Of a DNA stretch of 64,000 nucleotides, positions 41,991 through 52,452 are shown in pieces. Position 1 is the stretch's first letter; each line of letters starts with the position of its first letter. Below the pieces are notes generated by a model, which saw nothing but the letters and a program-made list of their open reading frames with translations, was not told the DNA's origin and made no database searches. Where the stretch lies: NCBI GenBank assembly GCA_963822445.1, contig CAWGHO010000001.1, forward strand, positions 640,001 to 704,000, in the 5' to 3' direction. This DNA comes from an uncultured Acidobacteriota bacterium. Lineage in GTDB: Bacteria > Acidobacteriota > Thermoanaerobaculia > Gp7-AA8. The position numbers and the translations under genes are program-made.

Positions 41991-42671
41991 CGTCCTCTGC
42001 TCAATCCTCTTCACCCGCTCCGCCACAATCATCCGATGCACAAAGATCCCCGGCGTGTGGATGCAATCGGGATCGAGCGCGCCGGGCTCCACGAGCTCTT
42101 CGACTTCTGCGATGCAGACCCTTCCCGCCGTGGCGGCCATGGGATTGAAGTTGCGGGCGCTCTTGCGGTAGACGAGATTGCCGAGGCGGTCGCCGCGCCA
42201 GGCGGCGACGAGGGAGAAGTCGCCGACGATGCCGCGCTCCATCACGTACTGGCGGCCGTCGAACTCGCGGGTCTCCTTCCCTTCCGCGACCACCGTGCCG
42301 ACGCCGGCCGGTGTATAGAACGCCGGGATGCCCGCCCCGCCGGCGCGCATGCGCTCGGCCAGCGTTCCCTGCGGCGCAAACTCCACCTCCAGCTCGCCGG
42401 CGAGGAACTGCCGCTCGAACTCCGCGTTCTCGCCGACGTACGACGAGACCATCTTGCGGATCTGGCGCGTCTGCAGGAGCAGGCCCAGTCCCCAGTCATC
42501 GACGCCGGCGTTGTTGGAGACGCAGGTCAGGCCCTTCACGCCCTTCTTCACCAGCGCGTTGATCAAATTTTCGGGGATGCCGCAGAGGCCGAAACCGCCG
42601 ACGACGAGGGTGGAGTTGTCGCCGATGTCGTGAATCGCTTCATCGGCCGAGGCGATGACTTTGTTGATCAT
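41979..42671 (-). CDS. scoA: 3-oxoacid CoA-transferase subunit A
   Basis: [33 protein letters not shown] and HTPGIFV; start MINKV at 42671. Confidence 0.93.
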   Translation of the reverse strand: MINKVIASADEAIHDIGDNSTLVVGGFGLCGIPENLINALVKKGVKGLTCVSNNAGVDDWGLGLLLQTRQIRKMVSSYVGENAEFERQFLAGELEVEFAPQGTLAERMRAGGAGIPAFYTPAGVGTVVAEGKETREFDGRQYVMERGIVGDFSLVAAWRGDRLGNLVYRKSARNFNPMAATAGRVCIAEVEELVEPGALDPDCIHTPGIFVHRMIVAERVKRIEQRTVSR

Positions 42672-44038
42672 TCGGCGCGAGACGATATACCAACCGTCTT
42701 CTCCAGCCACGCCACGGCCCGCTCCGGATGCGGTTTCGTGTCGTTCATCATCAGCCGTTCGCGCGTGAGGATCTGGCAGTTCTTGATCGCCCGCTGTTCC
42801 GCCGTCGAGAATCGGCCGTCCACGGCCTCGGTGCGCGGGAAGCAGGCATTGCGGCGGAGGAAGATCTCGATCGCCATGCGCTCGAGCGCGGTCGTCGATT
42901 CCGCGCCGTCGCGGCGGATCGATTCCAGTGCGGCCGGCGCGATCTGAATCCCGCGCGGCGGGCTCGCCGCGAGCGCGTCCGCGATCCGTTGCGCGCGGGT
43001 GGGCGGCGGCGGCTCCGGTTCGGGTTCGGAAGCGGCGGTCGTCGTCTCCGCCACGGCCGCCGTCTGTGTGGGTTCCGGCGCACTGAGGCCCTTGCGGATC
43101 TCGTTCACGTTGAACGCGATCCACGCCAGCAGCACGATGATCACGACGTCCCGGGCCAGGCGCCAGATCAGTTCGGGTTGCGGAAAAGGGCTTTTCGACG
43201 GGGTCGGTTGCTTTCGCATCTCACTGATCTCCGGTGACGGACGATGCCGGGCTCGGGGCGCGACCGCTCGCGGGCGCGAGCGCCTCTGGCGAAGGGCGAC
43301 GGCCATCTTCCACCCCTCGAGAACGTCGCCGGCCGAGGTGTCGACCATCGACTCGATCTCGGACGGCACGTCCTCCTCCAACTCGGGCGGCGCGGCATTG
43401 GTCAGGATGTATTGGTACCCCGCGCCATTGAACCGGTTCGGCTGCAATTGCGCGATCTCCGGGTCGACGGGACCCAGCAGGTAAAGCCATGGAAGCACGT
43501 CAAGCGTGCCGCGGCTGACCTCCAGCTCGATCGGACGGTCGCCGGGACCGGACGTGCGATAGGCGCGCGCAAGGTGCACCTTCAGGAACGTGCGAAACCG
43601 GTCGTCATGAAGACGGGTCGTCTCGAGGTCGTCGAAGACATCGCGTCCGACCAACCGGGAGGCGTTCTTGTTGGCCCGGTCGAGCAAGTCCGGCAGGCGC
43701 TTCGAATCCGGGAGCTCCGCCCACAGCAGTGGAAGCGTGAGCGGCGGGACGGGCCGATCGGTCCAGACACCCCACAGCTTCCACGCGCCGTAACGCTTCG
43801 CCGAGTCATTGACGACCCAGCCCATCGCGCCGATCACGCGGCCGCCGCCGCCGCTGAACTGATACAGAAAGGGTCCGCCCGCGCCATCGGGCAATCGGGA
43901 CAGCGCGGCGCCGAGGGGCTCGAAGAAGTCGAGGTATTCGCGCAGAGTGACGACCTGGCCGGCGTCATCGACGTAGTCGCCGCGGAGCTCGCGAAACAGC
44001 GGCGTTCCGTTCGCGCGTGCGTCGGCGTCAGGAAGCAT
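42668..44038 (-). CDS. Single-pass membrane protein: cytoplasmic N-domain (possibly GAP1-like), TM helix, C-terminal peptidoglycan-binding-like motif
   Basis: [16 protein letters not shown], a Pro/Glu linker, then [18 protein letters not shown] resembling PG_binding_1 (VDGxFGxxTxxAVxxFQ); overlaps both neighbours. Confidence 0.6.
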   Translation of the reverse strand: MLPDADARANGTPLFRELRGDYVDDAGQVVTLREYLDFFEPLGAALSRLPDGAGGPFLYQFSGGGGRVIGAMGWVVNDSAKRYGAWKLWGVWTDRPVPPLTLPLLWAELPDSKRLPDLLDRANKNASRLVGRDVFDDLETTRLHDDRFRTFLKVHLARAYRTSGPGDRPIELEVSRGTLDVLPWLYLLGPVDPEIAQLQPNRFNGAGYQYILTNAAPPELEEDVPSEIESMVDTSAGDVLEGWKMAVALRQRRSRPRAVAPRARHRPSPEISEMRKQPTPSKSPFPQPELIWRLARDVVIIVLLAWIAFNVNEIRKGLSAPEPTQTAAVAETTTAASEPEPEPPPPTRAQRIADALAASPPRGIQIAPAALESIRRDGAESTTALERMAIEIFLRRNACFPRTEAVDGRFSTAEQRAIKNCQILTRERLMMNDTKPHPERAVAWLEKTVGISSRAE

Positions 44039-45344
44039 GTCGCCTCAGGATCTCCAGCAGGAGAAGGTCGCCCCACACCGGCAATCCGTCATCGCCATCG
44101 CGGGCCGCATTCTCCTCGGCGGCGCCCGGCAGGAACTCGATCCCGCACGGAAGCACCGGGAACTGAGGCTCCGCACCGGCTCGCATGGCCTCGCGGATCA
44201 TGGCCGAAAAGTCGCCGCGTCCGGCACCGTCCCATGCCGCGAACAGCGCCGCCGCGAGCCGCATGCACTGCTTCACAAGCGTTTCTCCCACGCCTCCCTT
44301 GAAGAAATAGTAGAGCTCCACCTTGCCGGTCTTGAACCTGGCGTGAAGCGACGTGTAAGCAATCATCATCCGGTACAGCAACCAGGTGAGACTCTCCAGC
44401 AGCTCGAGACGCCCGCTCCAGTTGCGCGTGTCCTGCACCAGACGCTCGATGTCGGATGCGGCGGCGACGAAGCTGCTGTCGATCACATCATCCGCGCCCG
44501 CGACCACGCGGCGAGCCAGCGCCAGCGCGGTCTCGCTGCTTTCGAGAAATTTGAACAGCGCCTGCTCGTCCCGGAGCTGCGCGACGTCGAGGTGCGTCCA
44601 GATGACGCCCTGCCAGGTGCGGCGCGAGTCCGGCCGGTTCGTCAGGTGAGCCGTGAGCTGACCGATGTTCTGGCGCGACAGAGTCGGATCGAACGGCACC
44701 ACGAACATCACCAGGAGCTCCGCGAACGCCATCGACCGGAGGTTGTTGAGGATGTCCAGCACGCGCATGTACTTGTCGGGCGTCGTCGAGCGCTGGTGGA
44801 AGACCTCGCCCTTCACGTCGACGCCCGCGACATCGATGCGATGCCGCCCGAAGGTGAGATCCATCCCGTGCAGAAGGACGGGGACGGCGGTGCGGGGATC
44901 GGGATTGGCGATCGTGTACGGCTCGACGAAGCGGTATGGATCGCGGCTGATCAACGTCGTCGGTTCGGCGACGAGGTACTTCTTCGAGGCCGGATTGAAC
45001 AGGCACTTGAGCCAGGTCGTTTTTCCCGCGGCCGGCAGGCCCGCGGTGATGAGAAGGACCCTCGACTTGGTGTCGCTCAGGAATTGCGGCGGGATCAGAG
45101 ACGAGCACTTGCTGCAGCGGCGGTGCGGGCTCGGCACCGCCGAGCGCTCGAAGGTGGGCTGATCCCATTCCAGGCGCGGCTCGTTGAGCGCAACCGCGGC
45201 GGTGGGCGGCAGGCCGCGGTGCTGTTTCCAGTGCGGACCGACCTGCTGATTCCAGGTGTCGGCCCGTCCGACGGGGACGGGATAGAAGCCGTCCCCTCCG
45301 CAGATCGGACAGATCTGCGCCGTTTTTCTTCCGAAGAGACTCAT
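44028..45344 (-). CDS. Zn-ribbon plus TRAFAC-class GTPase (DO-GTPase2-like)
   Basis: CPIC...CSKC, Walker A GLPAAGKTT, Walker B DVKGE and G4-like WTHLD. Confidence 0.7.
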   Translation of the reverse strand: MSLFGRKTAQICPICGGDGFYPVPVGRADTWNQQVGPHWKQHRGLPPTAAVALNEPRLEWDQPTFERSAVPSPHRRCSKCSSLIPPQFLSDTKSRVLLITAGLPAAGKTTWLKCLFNPASKKYLVAEPTTLISRDPYRFVEPYTIANPDPRTAVPVLLHGMDLTFGRHRIDVAGVDVKGEVFHQRSTTPDKYMRVLDILNNLRSMAFAELLVMFVVPFDPTLSRQNIGQLTAHLTNRPDSRRTWQGVIWTHLDVAQLRDEQALFKFLESSETALALARRVVAGADDVIDSSFVAAASDIERLVQDTRNWSGRLELLESLTWLLYRMMIAYTSLHARFKTGKVELYYFFKGGVGETLVKQCMRLAAALFAAWDGAGRGDFSAMIREAMRAGAEPQFPVLPCGIEFLPGAAEENAARDGDDGLPVWGDLLLLEILRRHAS

Positions 45345-48300
45345 GGTTCCATCAGCCGCAACAGCTCTGCCATGTGATTGTCGATGAATCGCCCGAGTTG
45401 TTCGGTCGCGAATCCTTCCGAGGACCGTTCCGCCACGAACGACAACGTGAGCGCGTTCTTTGCCCGTCCGTCGTCATCGCGGGCAATGATCACCATCAGT
45501 ATCCGCGACGTGGGCCGCTCCGGGTCGATGGTCGCGAGCGTCCCGGTCTTGGCATACACGTCATAGCGGTTTCGCAGCGGCTGCACGCGCGAGCGGATCC
45601 TGATGGCCGTCCCATCCTCGAGCACGCGCCACAGTCCGCGATCGAGTTTCGCCGCCGCCGCGGCCGCCTCTTTGTCGAACGCCGCGGTGCGCGACGCGAG
45701 CGGTTTCGCCGCAGATACCGGGACGATGTGCGCGACGACCGGCTTTCGAATCGCCCATGACGAAAACGCCGCCGCCGCACCGACGTTCGACCAGCGGCTG
45801 GACGCGCCGCCGAGGAGCACGGCGATGAGCTCGCGGGTCCGCGTAATGCGATTCAGGCTCAAATCGACAGCCTCGGGACTCACCACGGCGAGCGGCTCGA
45901 GCGCGTTGCTCGTGCCGAGGTCGTCGGATTCGTCGCCCGACCAGAAGGAAAGGTGACGGCGTCGCAGGTCGCCGTCCGCCGATGGCGCGCCTGTCCTAAC
46001 GCCGAACAGATCGCGCATCAGCGCCGCGACACGCTGTTCGTGGAGGTTCGCGACCTGCAGCGGCTTGTCGCGGGTGTGTCCCGTCGAGTCGGCGAGCGCG
46101 GGATAACGGTTCCAGGGAGTCGCGCTGGCGGTCAGCGATTCGCGATCGCTTCCCGCAGGCCCGCGGCCATCGTCGCCGATTCGATTGCCCTCGCCGCGCG
46201 CGAACCCGAGAAAGCCGAGGCGTGTGTGATAGCGGTTGTCGGAGGCGGCGAGGTACGTGCTGAAGTCGATCCAGCGAGCGCGTGGCGACACCTGCCAGCC
46301 CTTCCCGATTTCCGCGCCGAACAGCTCCTGTTCGTAACAGCGTTTCTTGACGACGCGGTCGCATGGGCCGTTCCGCGTCCACAGCAAGTCGTCGAGTCGC
46401 GGATGCACGATCAGCGCGGCCGTCGCCCAGAACGGCTTTGCGGCCGAGCCGATCTCGATCGCCGCGAGGTTATGGTCGACCGCATGCCGCGACGCGAGCG
46501 GCCGCGGCGTGGTCGCGCTGAGCCAGGAGAACGGCGGATCGCGCTCGATCCACGAGCGGCCGCCCGCGGTGACCGTGCGTGAGCTCCAGTCATCCCGGTC
46601 CGCCGCGCGCGGCCAGGAGCTCATCGCCAGCACCTCGCCCGTCGTTCCTCGAAGAATCGTCATCGCCACGCGCGGCGGCAGCGGCGCCGATGCCCCTTCC
46701 GCGATCAGTTTGCTGAAGCCTTCCCTCCCCGCCCCGTCCACAGTTGCCTGCGTGATCCGCTGCAGATCGGCATCGAGAGTGAGCTCGCTGATCCGCGGCT
46801 CGCGATGGACGCGGAGCAGCGCATCACCCGCGTGTCCCATCCATCCGAGGCCGAGGCGGCGCGCCTCACGCGTGGTCGCGTAGAACCACCGTCCCATCAC
46901 CCAGGCCCGTCCGAGGATTCGAACCGGGCCCTGGCCTCCCCGGATCGACACCGGCGGCAGTTCCTCCTCGCTACGCTCTTCGGCGAACGAGTGAACGATG
47001 TTGTAGTCGGGATTCCCCGTGACTTCGTACGCGATCTCCGCCGCGCCCTCGGCATCCTCTTCGACGCGGCGGATGGCGAAGACGCTCGGCCGCGTGCGCG
47101 CACCGCGATCGATCTCCCGCCGCCAAAGCTCGAACATCCGCGTGTAGTACTCCTCGGGATGCGTGAGGCCGTTGAAGAAGTCGGCCGGCAGCGACTCGCG
47201 GCCACCGTCCATCCGCAGCGCCACCGGAAGTGAGTTGAAGCGGAGCACTTCCGCCTCGAGCAGCGTCGCGCCGCCGGGGCGATCGGTGCAGTCTTCGCCG
47301 TTGCAGTAGCGGATCAGCTTCTTCGCCTCGTCGAAGCGAAGTGTCCCCGCGTCGCGGAGCTCGTCCACGCGGCGCAACAGGCGCGACCAGGTCAGGACGT
47401 CGAACTCGTTCGAGCGGACCGCGCGAATCGAGCCGCGCACGACGAGCACGGTCACGAGGAGAGCCGGGAGCAGCGCCAGCGCGGCATACTCGCGCTTGCC
47501 CAACCTGATCGCGAGTGGAATGGCGAGCGCGAACGCGAGCCAGGCGAAATCGTTCGTTGCCAGCGCGACGATTGCTCCGAGAAGGACGATCGCCGCGAGA
47601 ATGCCGCGCCGCATCAATCGCCGTCGCCGGTGCACGAAATCGGGATCGAAGATGGTCGTGCGCGTGACCGCGGTCTCCGGGAGCATCTCCACCGAATCGG
47701 CGCGAAGGCCGGACGACCAGAGCAGGGCCTGACACATCAGCCCGAGCAGAAGCGCCCAGCGGAGCGCGTCGGAGTTCGACGCAGTGGCCAGCAGCGGCAG
47801 ATTCCGTCCGCTGAACCACAGTTGGGAGACGTTCATCGCCGCATGCACGACTGCCTCGCCGAAAAATGCAGCGGCGATGGCGATCGCCAGGAGGTCGCCG
47901 ATTCGAAGCCGCGAGCGGCGCATCAGCAACAGAACGGCCGGCACGGCGAAGATCGCCAGGAGGAACAGCCCGCCGAAGATCCCATGCTCGGCGGAGATGA
48001 AGAAGGAGTAGACGCTGTCGTACTGGATCGTGTCCTGGCGGATGAACGATTGCGACGCGGGCGCGCGATTGAATCCAAGGCCGTCCCACCCGCCCTTCCG
48101 CACCATGGCCATGTGCTCCCACGCGTGCACGAGGGCATTGCGTACGCTGCCGGCGGTGACCGCCTTCGCGTCGCCTTGCGACGGCGCCTCGAGATCGAGC
48201 AGCCATTCCTGCGCCGCCGAGCCGTACTTCATCACCTCGACGCGGCTGAGAATGTGCTCGGTCATCCCCGGCGCGATCGCATATCCGCCGAGAAGGGCCT

Positions 48301-50620
48301 GGTAGGCGATGGCCACGCCGATCACCAGCACCGCCAGCAATGTGGCCGCGACCCGGAACGCAGGCGTGAGCAGAAGCAGCAATGCCAGCGGGAACCAGAA
48401 CGCGAGCACGGCGTAGATCGAGCCGAAGTCGCCGAGCATGCCGATCATCAGCGCGACCGGAGCAAACACCAGCGCGATGACGGCAGTGATCGAGTCGCCG
48501 TGGGTCGGCTCTGCCTGCGCGGAGCCGTCGCCGTCGAGGACCTGCAGTGCGTCCTCCGTTGCCGCGAGCGGCCGCGCCAGCAGGAGAAGTGCAGGAATCC
48601 CCACCATCCAGAACGGGGCGACGATCTGACGCACGTACTCCGGCGCGATGCGCGCGAGCACCAGCACGACCACCGTGCCGGCCAACCAGATCAGAACCAG
48701 TGGTCTTACTGCCGGCGCACGCAGCGCGGTCGTAACCCGCAGGACGGGTCGCGGCACATGACGCAGCCACTTGTGTGTGGATCGCGGCTGGGACAAGGTA
48801 TCGGCCAGCGTTCGCCAGAAGGTCCGGCCGGCTTCGAAGGTCACGCGATACGGAAGCTGCCAGATGATCGAGAGCGCGCGCAGGACCGTTCCGCCGAACG
48901 CCGCCGCGATCGCAAGCGCCGCCACGACGTAGACCACGAGCAGGAGTCGATCGAAGGGCGACGGCCGGAAAAGCTCCACCAGATTCGGCAGGACCTGCCG
49001 CGGCATGAGCACGAATTCGGCGATCGAGCCTGCCACCAACGCTACGGCGACGCCCGCGGTCACAGCCGCGCTGTGCCGTTCGAATTCGACTCCGGGCCGG
49101 TGATGCAGCCAAAGTCGGATGGCGAGGGTGATGAAGCCGGGCACGATCACCAGCGCCGCGAGCGTGCCGGCCAGCCCTTTGGCAGTCACCTCGTCGATCG
49201 CCGCCGGCGTGAGCAGATAGCGGACGGCGAGCAGCACGCGGATCAACAACACGGTCCAAACGGCGGCGATCACGCCGCCGATGCACCAGAGGTCGCGCAG
49301 CCGGAGGCGATGCATGCGGCCGAAGGCGATCGAAGCGACAAAGCCGGCGAGGATCAGCCACGCCAGTCCGAGCGCGAGCAGCAGCGCGCGCGGCGTCGGC
49401 AGGTCGCGGATGACGGTGATCGTGAGCAGCAGCCCGCGCGCGCGCGCCAGATTCGGCATGAGCAACGGCACGCGGATGCTGGAGAGAGCGCGGTTCGGCT
49501 CGAAGGCGGCGCCGAGCACCCCTTTGGTCCGGACAAAGCGCGGCGCGTCAGGGCCGGCCCGCGGCGTGAGATCGGCGCCGTCGCGAAACCGCGGCAGCCC
49601 GCCTTCAGAAAGCCGCAGCGCCGCGTCGTGCCGGAACTCCGCGGCTCCATGACCGAGCGGGAGAAGAAAGGTGTTCGCGCCGGCGGCGGGCTCGCGCCCG
49701 AACGAGAGCGTGCTCGCGTTCTCCGTGAATGGCGGGAGCGAGGTCGTGCGCGTCCACGGCGGATCGAACGAGAGACGCGGCCGGCCGCCTTCATCCCTCA
49801 GGCGCATGACCAGCCGGCGGCGCGGCCAGAGCACTTCGACGACCGCCGGCTTTCCGTCGCGCAGCGTAACCGGAAGCTCGCGCCACGATTCATCATCCGT
49901 AAGCAATCGCACTTCGTTCTTGTGAGGCCGAAGCACGCGGATCGACGCCGCCCACTCCTCGAGCGCACGCACGTTCGCGAGGTCGAGCTTTCCCTCGCGC
50001 CGCAAATCGTTCAACCGCGACTGGAGCAGCGAGTCGAGCGACCGGGCGCGCGTCGCATGCACTTCAGGCGGATTCATGATGACCATCGGCTCGGCCACCG
50101 GCGTGCGGCTGATGATCAGTTTCCGCCGCCGCAGGAATCCTTTGCGCCGCAGCTCGAGGGAGAACTTGCCGGCCTGCTTCGCGCCGCCGCCGAGGGTGAC
50201 CACGTCGCCGTTCGCGTACGCGCCGTCGACGCGTACGAGCGCCGTTCCGCCACGCGTCCGCAGCCGAAACCCACCACCGCCCGCCCGTTCCACGCGCACC
50301 TCGGGACGGAAACTGCCATTCGGCCAGCCGATGACCGCCGAGTGCTCCGCACCACCGATGGCGATGGTTCCCGACTCAGGGTCGGCGCTTTCGGCAGCGG
50401 TCCATGCGATCTGTGTCGACCGCGGCCACTCGGCCACCGACACCAGCGGCCAGAGCGTGAATGGCACCGCCGCGAGCGTCGCGACGAGAATCACGACGAA
50501 AGGCGCGATGTGACGACGGTTACCGAGCGACGGAAGGGCCTCTTCCCGATGCCGCAGTTCGAGCACCCACGCGATGCACACGTACCCCACGAGGCACAGC
50601 GCCAGCATCGGAATGGTCAT
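45341..50620 (-). CDS. Giant fusion: FHA-like domain, FtsW/RodA (SEDS)-like polytopic domain and class-B-like PBP transpeptidase, 1759 aa
   Basis: SEDS-like GDFGS, GGWDGLG, YDSVYSFFISAEHG and GRNLPLLAT; transpeptidase LTLDADLQ, TGEVLAM, SxxK (GSAAK ~46435-46450), SxN (SDN ~46240) and KTG (~45545). Confidence 0.8.
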   Translation of the reverse strand: MTIPMLALCLVGYVCIAWVLELRHREEALPSLGNRRHIAPFVVILVATLAAVPFTLWPLVSVAEWPRSTQIAWTAAESADPESGTIAIGGAEHSAVIGWPNGSFRPEVRVERAGGGGFRLRTRGGTALVRVDGAYANGDVVTLGGGAKQAGKFSLELRRKGFLRRRKLIISRTPVAEPMVIMNPPEVHATRARSLDSLLQSRLNDLRREGKLDLANVRALEEWAASIRVLRPHKNEVRLLTDDESWRELPVTLRDGKPAVVEVLWPRRRLVMRLRDEGGRPRLSFDPPWTRTTSLPPFTENASTLSFGREPAAGANTFLLPLGHGAAEFRHDAALRLSEGGLPRFRDGADLTPRAGPDAPRFVRTKGVLGAAFEPNRALSSIRVPLLMPNLARARGLLLTITVIRDLPTPRALLLALGLAWLILAGFVASIAFGRMHRLRLRDLWCIGGVIAAVWTVLLIRVLLAVRYLLTPAAIDEVTAKGLAGTLAALVIVPGFITLAIRLWLHHRPGVEFERHSAAVTAGVAVALVAGSIAEFVLMPRQVLPNLVELFRPSPFDRLLLVVYVVAALAIAAAFGGTVLRALSIIWQLPYRVTFEAGRTFWRTLADTLSQPRSTHKWLRHVPRPVLRVTTALRAPAVRPLVLIWLAGTVVVLVLARIAPEYVRQIVAPFWMVGIPALLLLARPLAATEDALQVLDGDGSAQAEPTHGDSITAVIALVFAPVALMIGMLGDFGSIYAVLAFWFPLALLLLLTPAFRVAATLLAVLVIGVAIAYQALLGGYAIAPGMTEHILSRVEVMKYGSAAQEWLLDLEAPSQGDAKAVTAGSVRNALVHAWEHMAMVRKGGWDGLGFNRAPASQSFIRQDTIQYDSVYSFFISAEHGIFGGLFLLAIFAVPAVLLLMRRSRLRIGDLLAIAIAAAFFGEAVVHAAMNVSQLWFSGRNLPLLATASNSDALRWALLLGLMCQALLWSSGLRADSVEMLPETAVTRTTIFDPDFVHRRRRLMRRGILAAIVLLGAIVALATNDFAWLAFALAIPLAIRLGKREYAALALLPALLVTVLVVRGSIRAVRSNEFDVLTWSRLLRRVDELRDAGTLRFDEAKKLIRYCNGEDCTDRPGGATLLEAEVLRFNSLPVALRMDGGRESLPADFFNGLTHPEEYYTRMFELWRREIDRGARTRPSVFAIRRVEEDAEGAAEIAYEVTGNPDYNIVHSFAEERSEEELPPVSIRGGQGPVRILGRAWVMGRWFYATTREARRLGLGWMGHAGDALLRVHREPRISELTLDADLQRITQATVDGAGREGFSKLIAEGASAPLPPRVAMTILRGTTGEVLAMSSWPRAADRDDWSSRTVTAGGRSWIERDPPFSWLSATTPRPLASRHAVDHNLAAIEIGSAAKPFWATAALIVHPRLDDLLWTRNGPCDRVVKKRCYEQELFGAEIGKGWQVSPRARWIDFSTYLAASDNRYHTRLGFLGFARGEGNRIGDDGRGPAGSDRESLTASATPWNRYPALADSTGHTRDKPLQVANLHEQRVAALMRDLFGVRTGAPSADGDLRRRHLSFWSGDESDDLGTSNALEPLAVVSPEAVDLSLNRITRTRELIAVLLGGASSRWSNVGAAAAFSSWAIRKPVVAHIVPVSAAKPLASRTAAFDKEAAAAAAKLDRGLWRVLEDGTAIRIRSRVQPLRNRYDVYAKTGTLATIDPERPTSRILMVIIARDDDGRAKNALTLSFVAERSSEGFATEQLGRFIDNHMAELLRLMEP

Positions 50621-50720
50621 GCGTACATCTGGCGCTTACACGCTCCCTGCCATCAGACGTTCTTACGGACAGCAGGTAAAACGGTTTGAGCTGAGGATCG
50701 CCGCGCTCGTCACGCGCTGG

Positions 50721-51185
50721 TCATTTGCCTTCGCGGAGCAGTACCCGCGCATCATCGAGCGTGTTGTCGATGGCTTCCTGACTGCGCACGAGGTCCGTCG
50801 ATGGAGGCGAACCATTGCGCACGGACGCGTCGAGCTCGCCGACCAGGTTGCGCAGATCGCGCATCGCTCCCTGCGTCTTCAGGCACGACTCGTTTTCACA
50901 CGTACACGCCGAATCAGCCTCGGAAATCCGCTGGTCGATGTCGGTCTTGAACCTGCTCCAGGCTTCGATGTCGTACGGCGGGTTCACGAAGCGCCCCAGA
51001 CCGTTGCCCCAGGCATTCGACGCAGCCGTTGCGCGGCCGACGCAGGAGTCGTCCGCGCGCGAATCAATGCTCGTCGCGGCGGACTTCGTGCTCAGGCGGC
51101 CCTTGATCCGCGGCGCGAGCTCCTTCCAGCCAAAGACGAGCAAGGCCAGGATGACCACCCACTTCACCAGCTTCCCAATTTCCAT
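50721..51185 (-). CDS. Membrane-anchored hypothetical protein with four Cys
   Basis: MEIGKLVKWVVILALLVFGW anchor; helical domain with SC...ACTCENESC. Confidence 0.65.
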   Translation of the reverse strand: MEIGKLVKWVVILALLVFGWKELAPRIKGRLSTKSAATSIDSRADDSCVGRATAASNAWGNGLGRFVNPPYDIEAWSRFKTDIDQRISEADSACTCENESCLKTQGAMRDLRNLVGELDASVRNGSPPSTDLVRSQEAIDNTLDDARVLLREGK

Positions 51186-51521
51186 GGCAATGAGTATGCG
51201 CGCGATCCTGACCGCCGGCCACTCCGCCACGGCCCGAGGACGAACGGAATCGCCTTGACGCCTTTCCAGACGGGTAGTCCGTACGCCGTCGGATCGATTG
51301 CAGAAAAGCAAGAATTTAGAAAGGAGGCAAAAACTCACCCCTTTTCCCAGTTTGTGAGGCGTGAGCTCGCATGACGAAGGCGTTGATCTGTTCTCGCGTC
51401 GCGAGTTGAAGTGAGTGTTCTTGCTCGAAGCAAGTGATGTGGCCGTAGCCTTAAAGTCAAAATCCCGGAGACGCCTTCGTGTTTGGTGTCGGGATGCCGG
51501 AAGTGTAGCTCCTCGGCGGAC

Positions 51522-51577
51522 TTTTCTTGGTTTCGGCTACGCCGAGGTAGGGAAATTGCCCGCCGATGCACCCCTAC
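51522..51577 (+). promoter_or_regulatory. Conserved leader element, copy 1 (palindrome TCGGC-TAC-GCCGA plus bulged hairpin)
   Basis: ttttcttggtttcggctacgccgaggtaggg matches 54853-54883 at 30 of 31 nt; ends 55 nt before ATG 51607. Confidence 0.7.
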
Positions 51578-51606
51578 ACAGGGGGATACCTCTGCGAGAG
51601 GTACGC

Positions 51607-52452
51607 ATGACGCAGACTCACCACGTCGTTCAGGTTCTCGGTGCCGCGCACGGACGCAAGACGCTGGCACATTGGAATACGGGTTCGGCATCGCGCCTGA
51701 TTGTCTTCGTTCACGGTTTTGGCGGGAAGCCTGACACCACTTGGCCGGATTTCCCCACGCTCCTCCGGCAGAAGGCGGGCCCTCCGCCCTTCGACTACGT
51801 CTTCTTTGGCTACGATGGGTTGCGCAAGCAAGCCACGAACAGCGGGAAGCAGTTTCTTGGATTCCTGGACCACTTTCTCGGTGACCCGGCGGCACTCGTC
51901 AACGCGACGATTCCGTCCCTCGAGAAGCGTAAATCGTTCACCTACGACCGCGTCGTGATCGCCGCGCATTCGCTCGGGGCGGTGGTCACGCGACGGGCGT
52001 TGCTCGATGCGCATGCCCTGCATGCGGCGGGGAAACTCATGCCCTGGCTGCCGACTGTGCGTCTGGTCTTCTTTGCGCCGGCGCACACTGGCGCATACGC
52101 CGCGGGGCTCGTCACCGAAGCACTCACCGATCAACCGTGGTACCTCGCGAAGCTGGCTGGGTATTACGCTCGTTTCCAGAGCCCGCTCCTCGCAGACCTC
52201 AAGGAAGGCTCGCAAGTGTTGCGCGCCCTTGCCGATGACACGGCCAAGATCACCGACCACGTGATGCCCCCACCGCACTATGTGCGCGCACGTGTCCTCC
52301 TCGCGGGGGACGAGATTGTCGTGAACAACACGCGCTTCGGGGTCGACCCGGTGGTGCCGCCGCAAGACGTGCTTCCCTCCAGCCACACCGGAGTCTGCAA
52401 GCCACGACGCATCGACCACGCCGCACTACGGGCCGTCTGGAACGAGCTATGA
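51607..52452 (+). CDS. Alpha/beta hydrolase, PGAP1/DUF676/SesB-like lipase, cytoplasmic
   Basis: IVFVHGFGG oxyanion loop, AHSLG nucleophile elbow, PAHTGA, GDEIV (acid) and SHTGVCKP (His); no signal peptide. Confidence 0.8.
   Translation: MTQTHHVVQVLGAAHGRKTLAHWNTGSASRLIVFVHGFGGKPDTTWPDFPTLLRQKAGPPPFDYVFFGYDGLRKQATNSGKQFLGFLDHFLGDPAALVNATIPSLEKRKSFTYDRVVIAAHSLGAVVTRRALLDAHALHAAGKLMPWLPTVRLVFFAPAHTGAYAAGLVTEALTDQPWYLAKLAGYYARFQSPLLADLKEGSQVLRALADDTAKITDHVMPPPHYVRARVLLAGDEIVVNNTRFGVDPVVPPQDVLPSSHTGVCKPRRIDHAALRAVWNEL

Noticed and set aside
51415-51606. N-terminal extension of the hydrolase from the GTG at 51415
   Set aside because: The extension is not protein-like and covers the conserved leader element; ATG 51607 has a GAGG RBS and the same leader spacing as ATG 54937.
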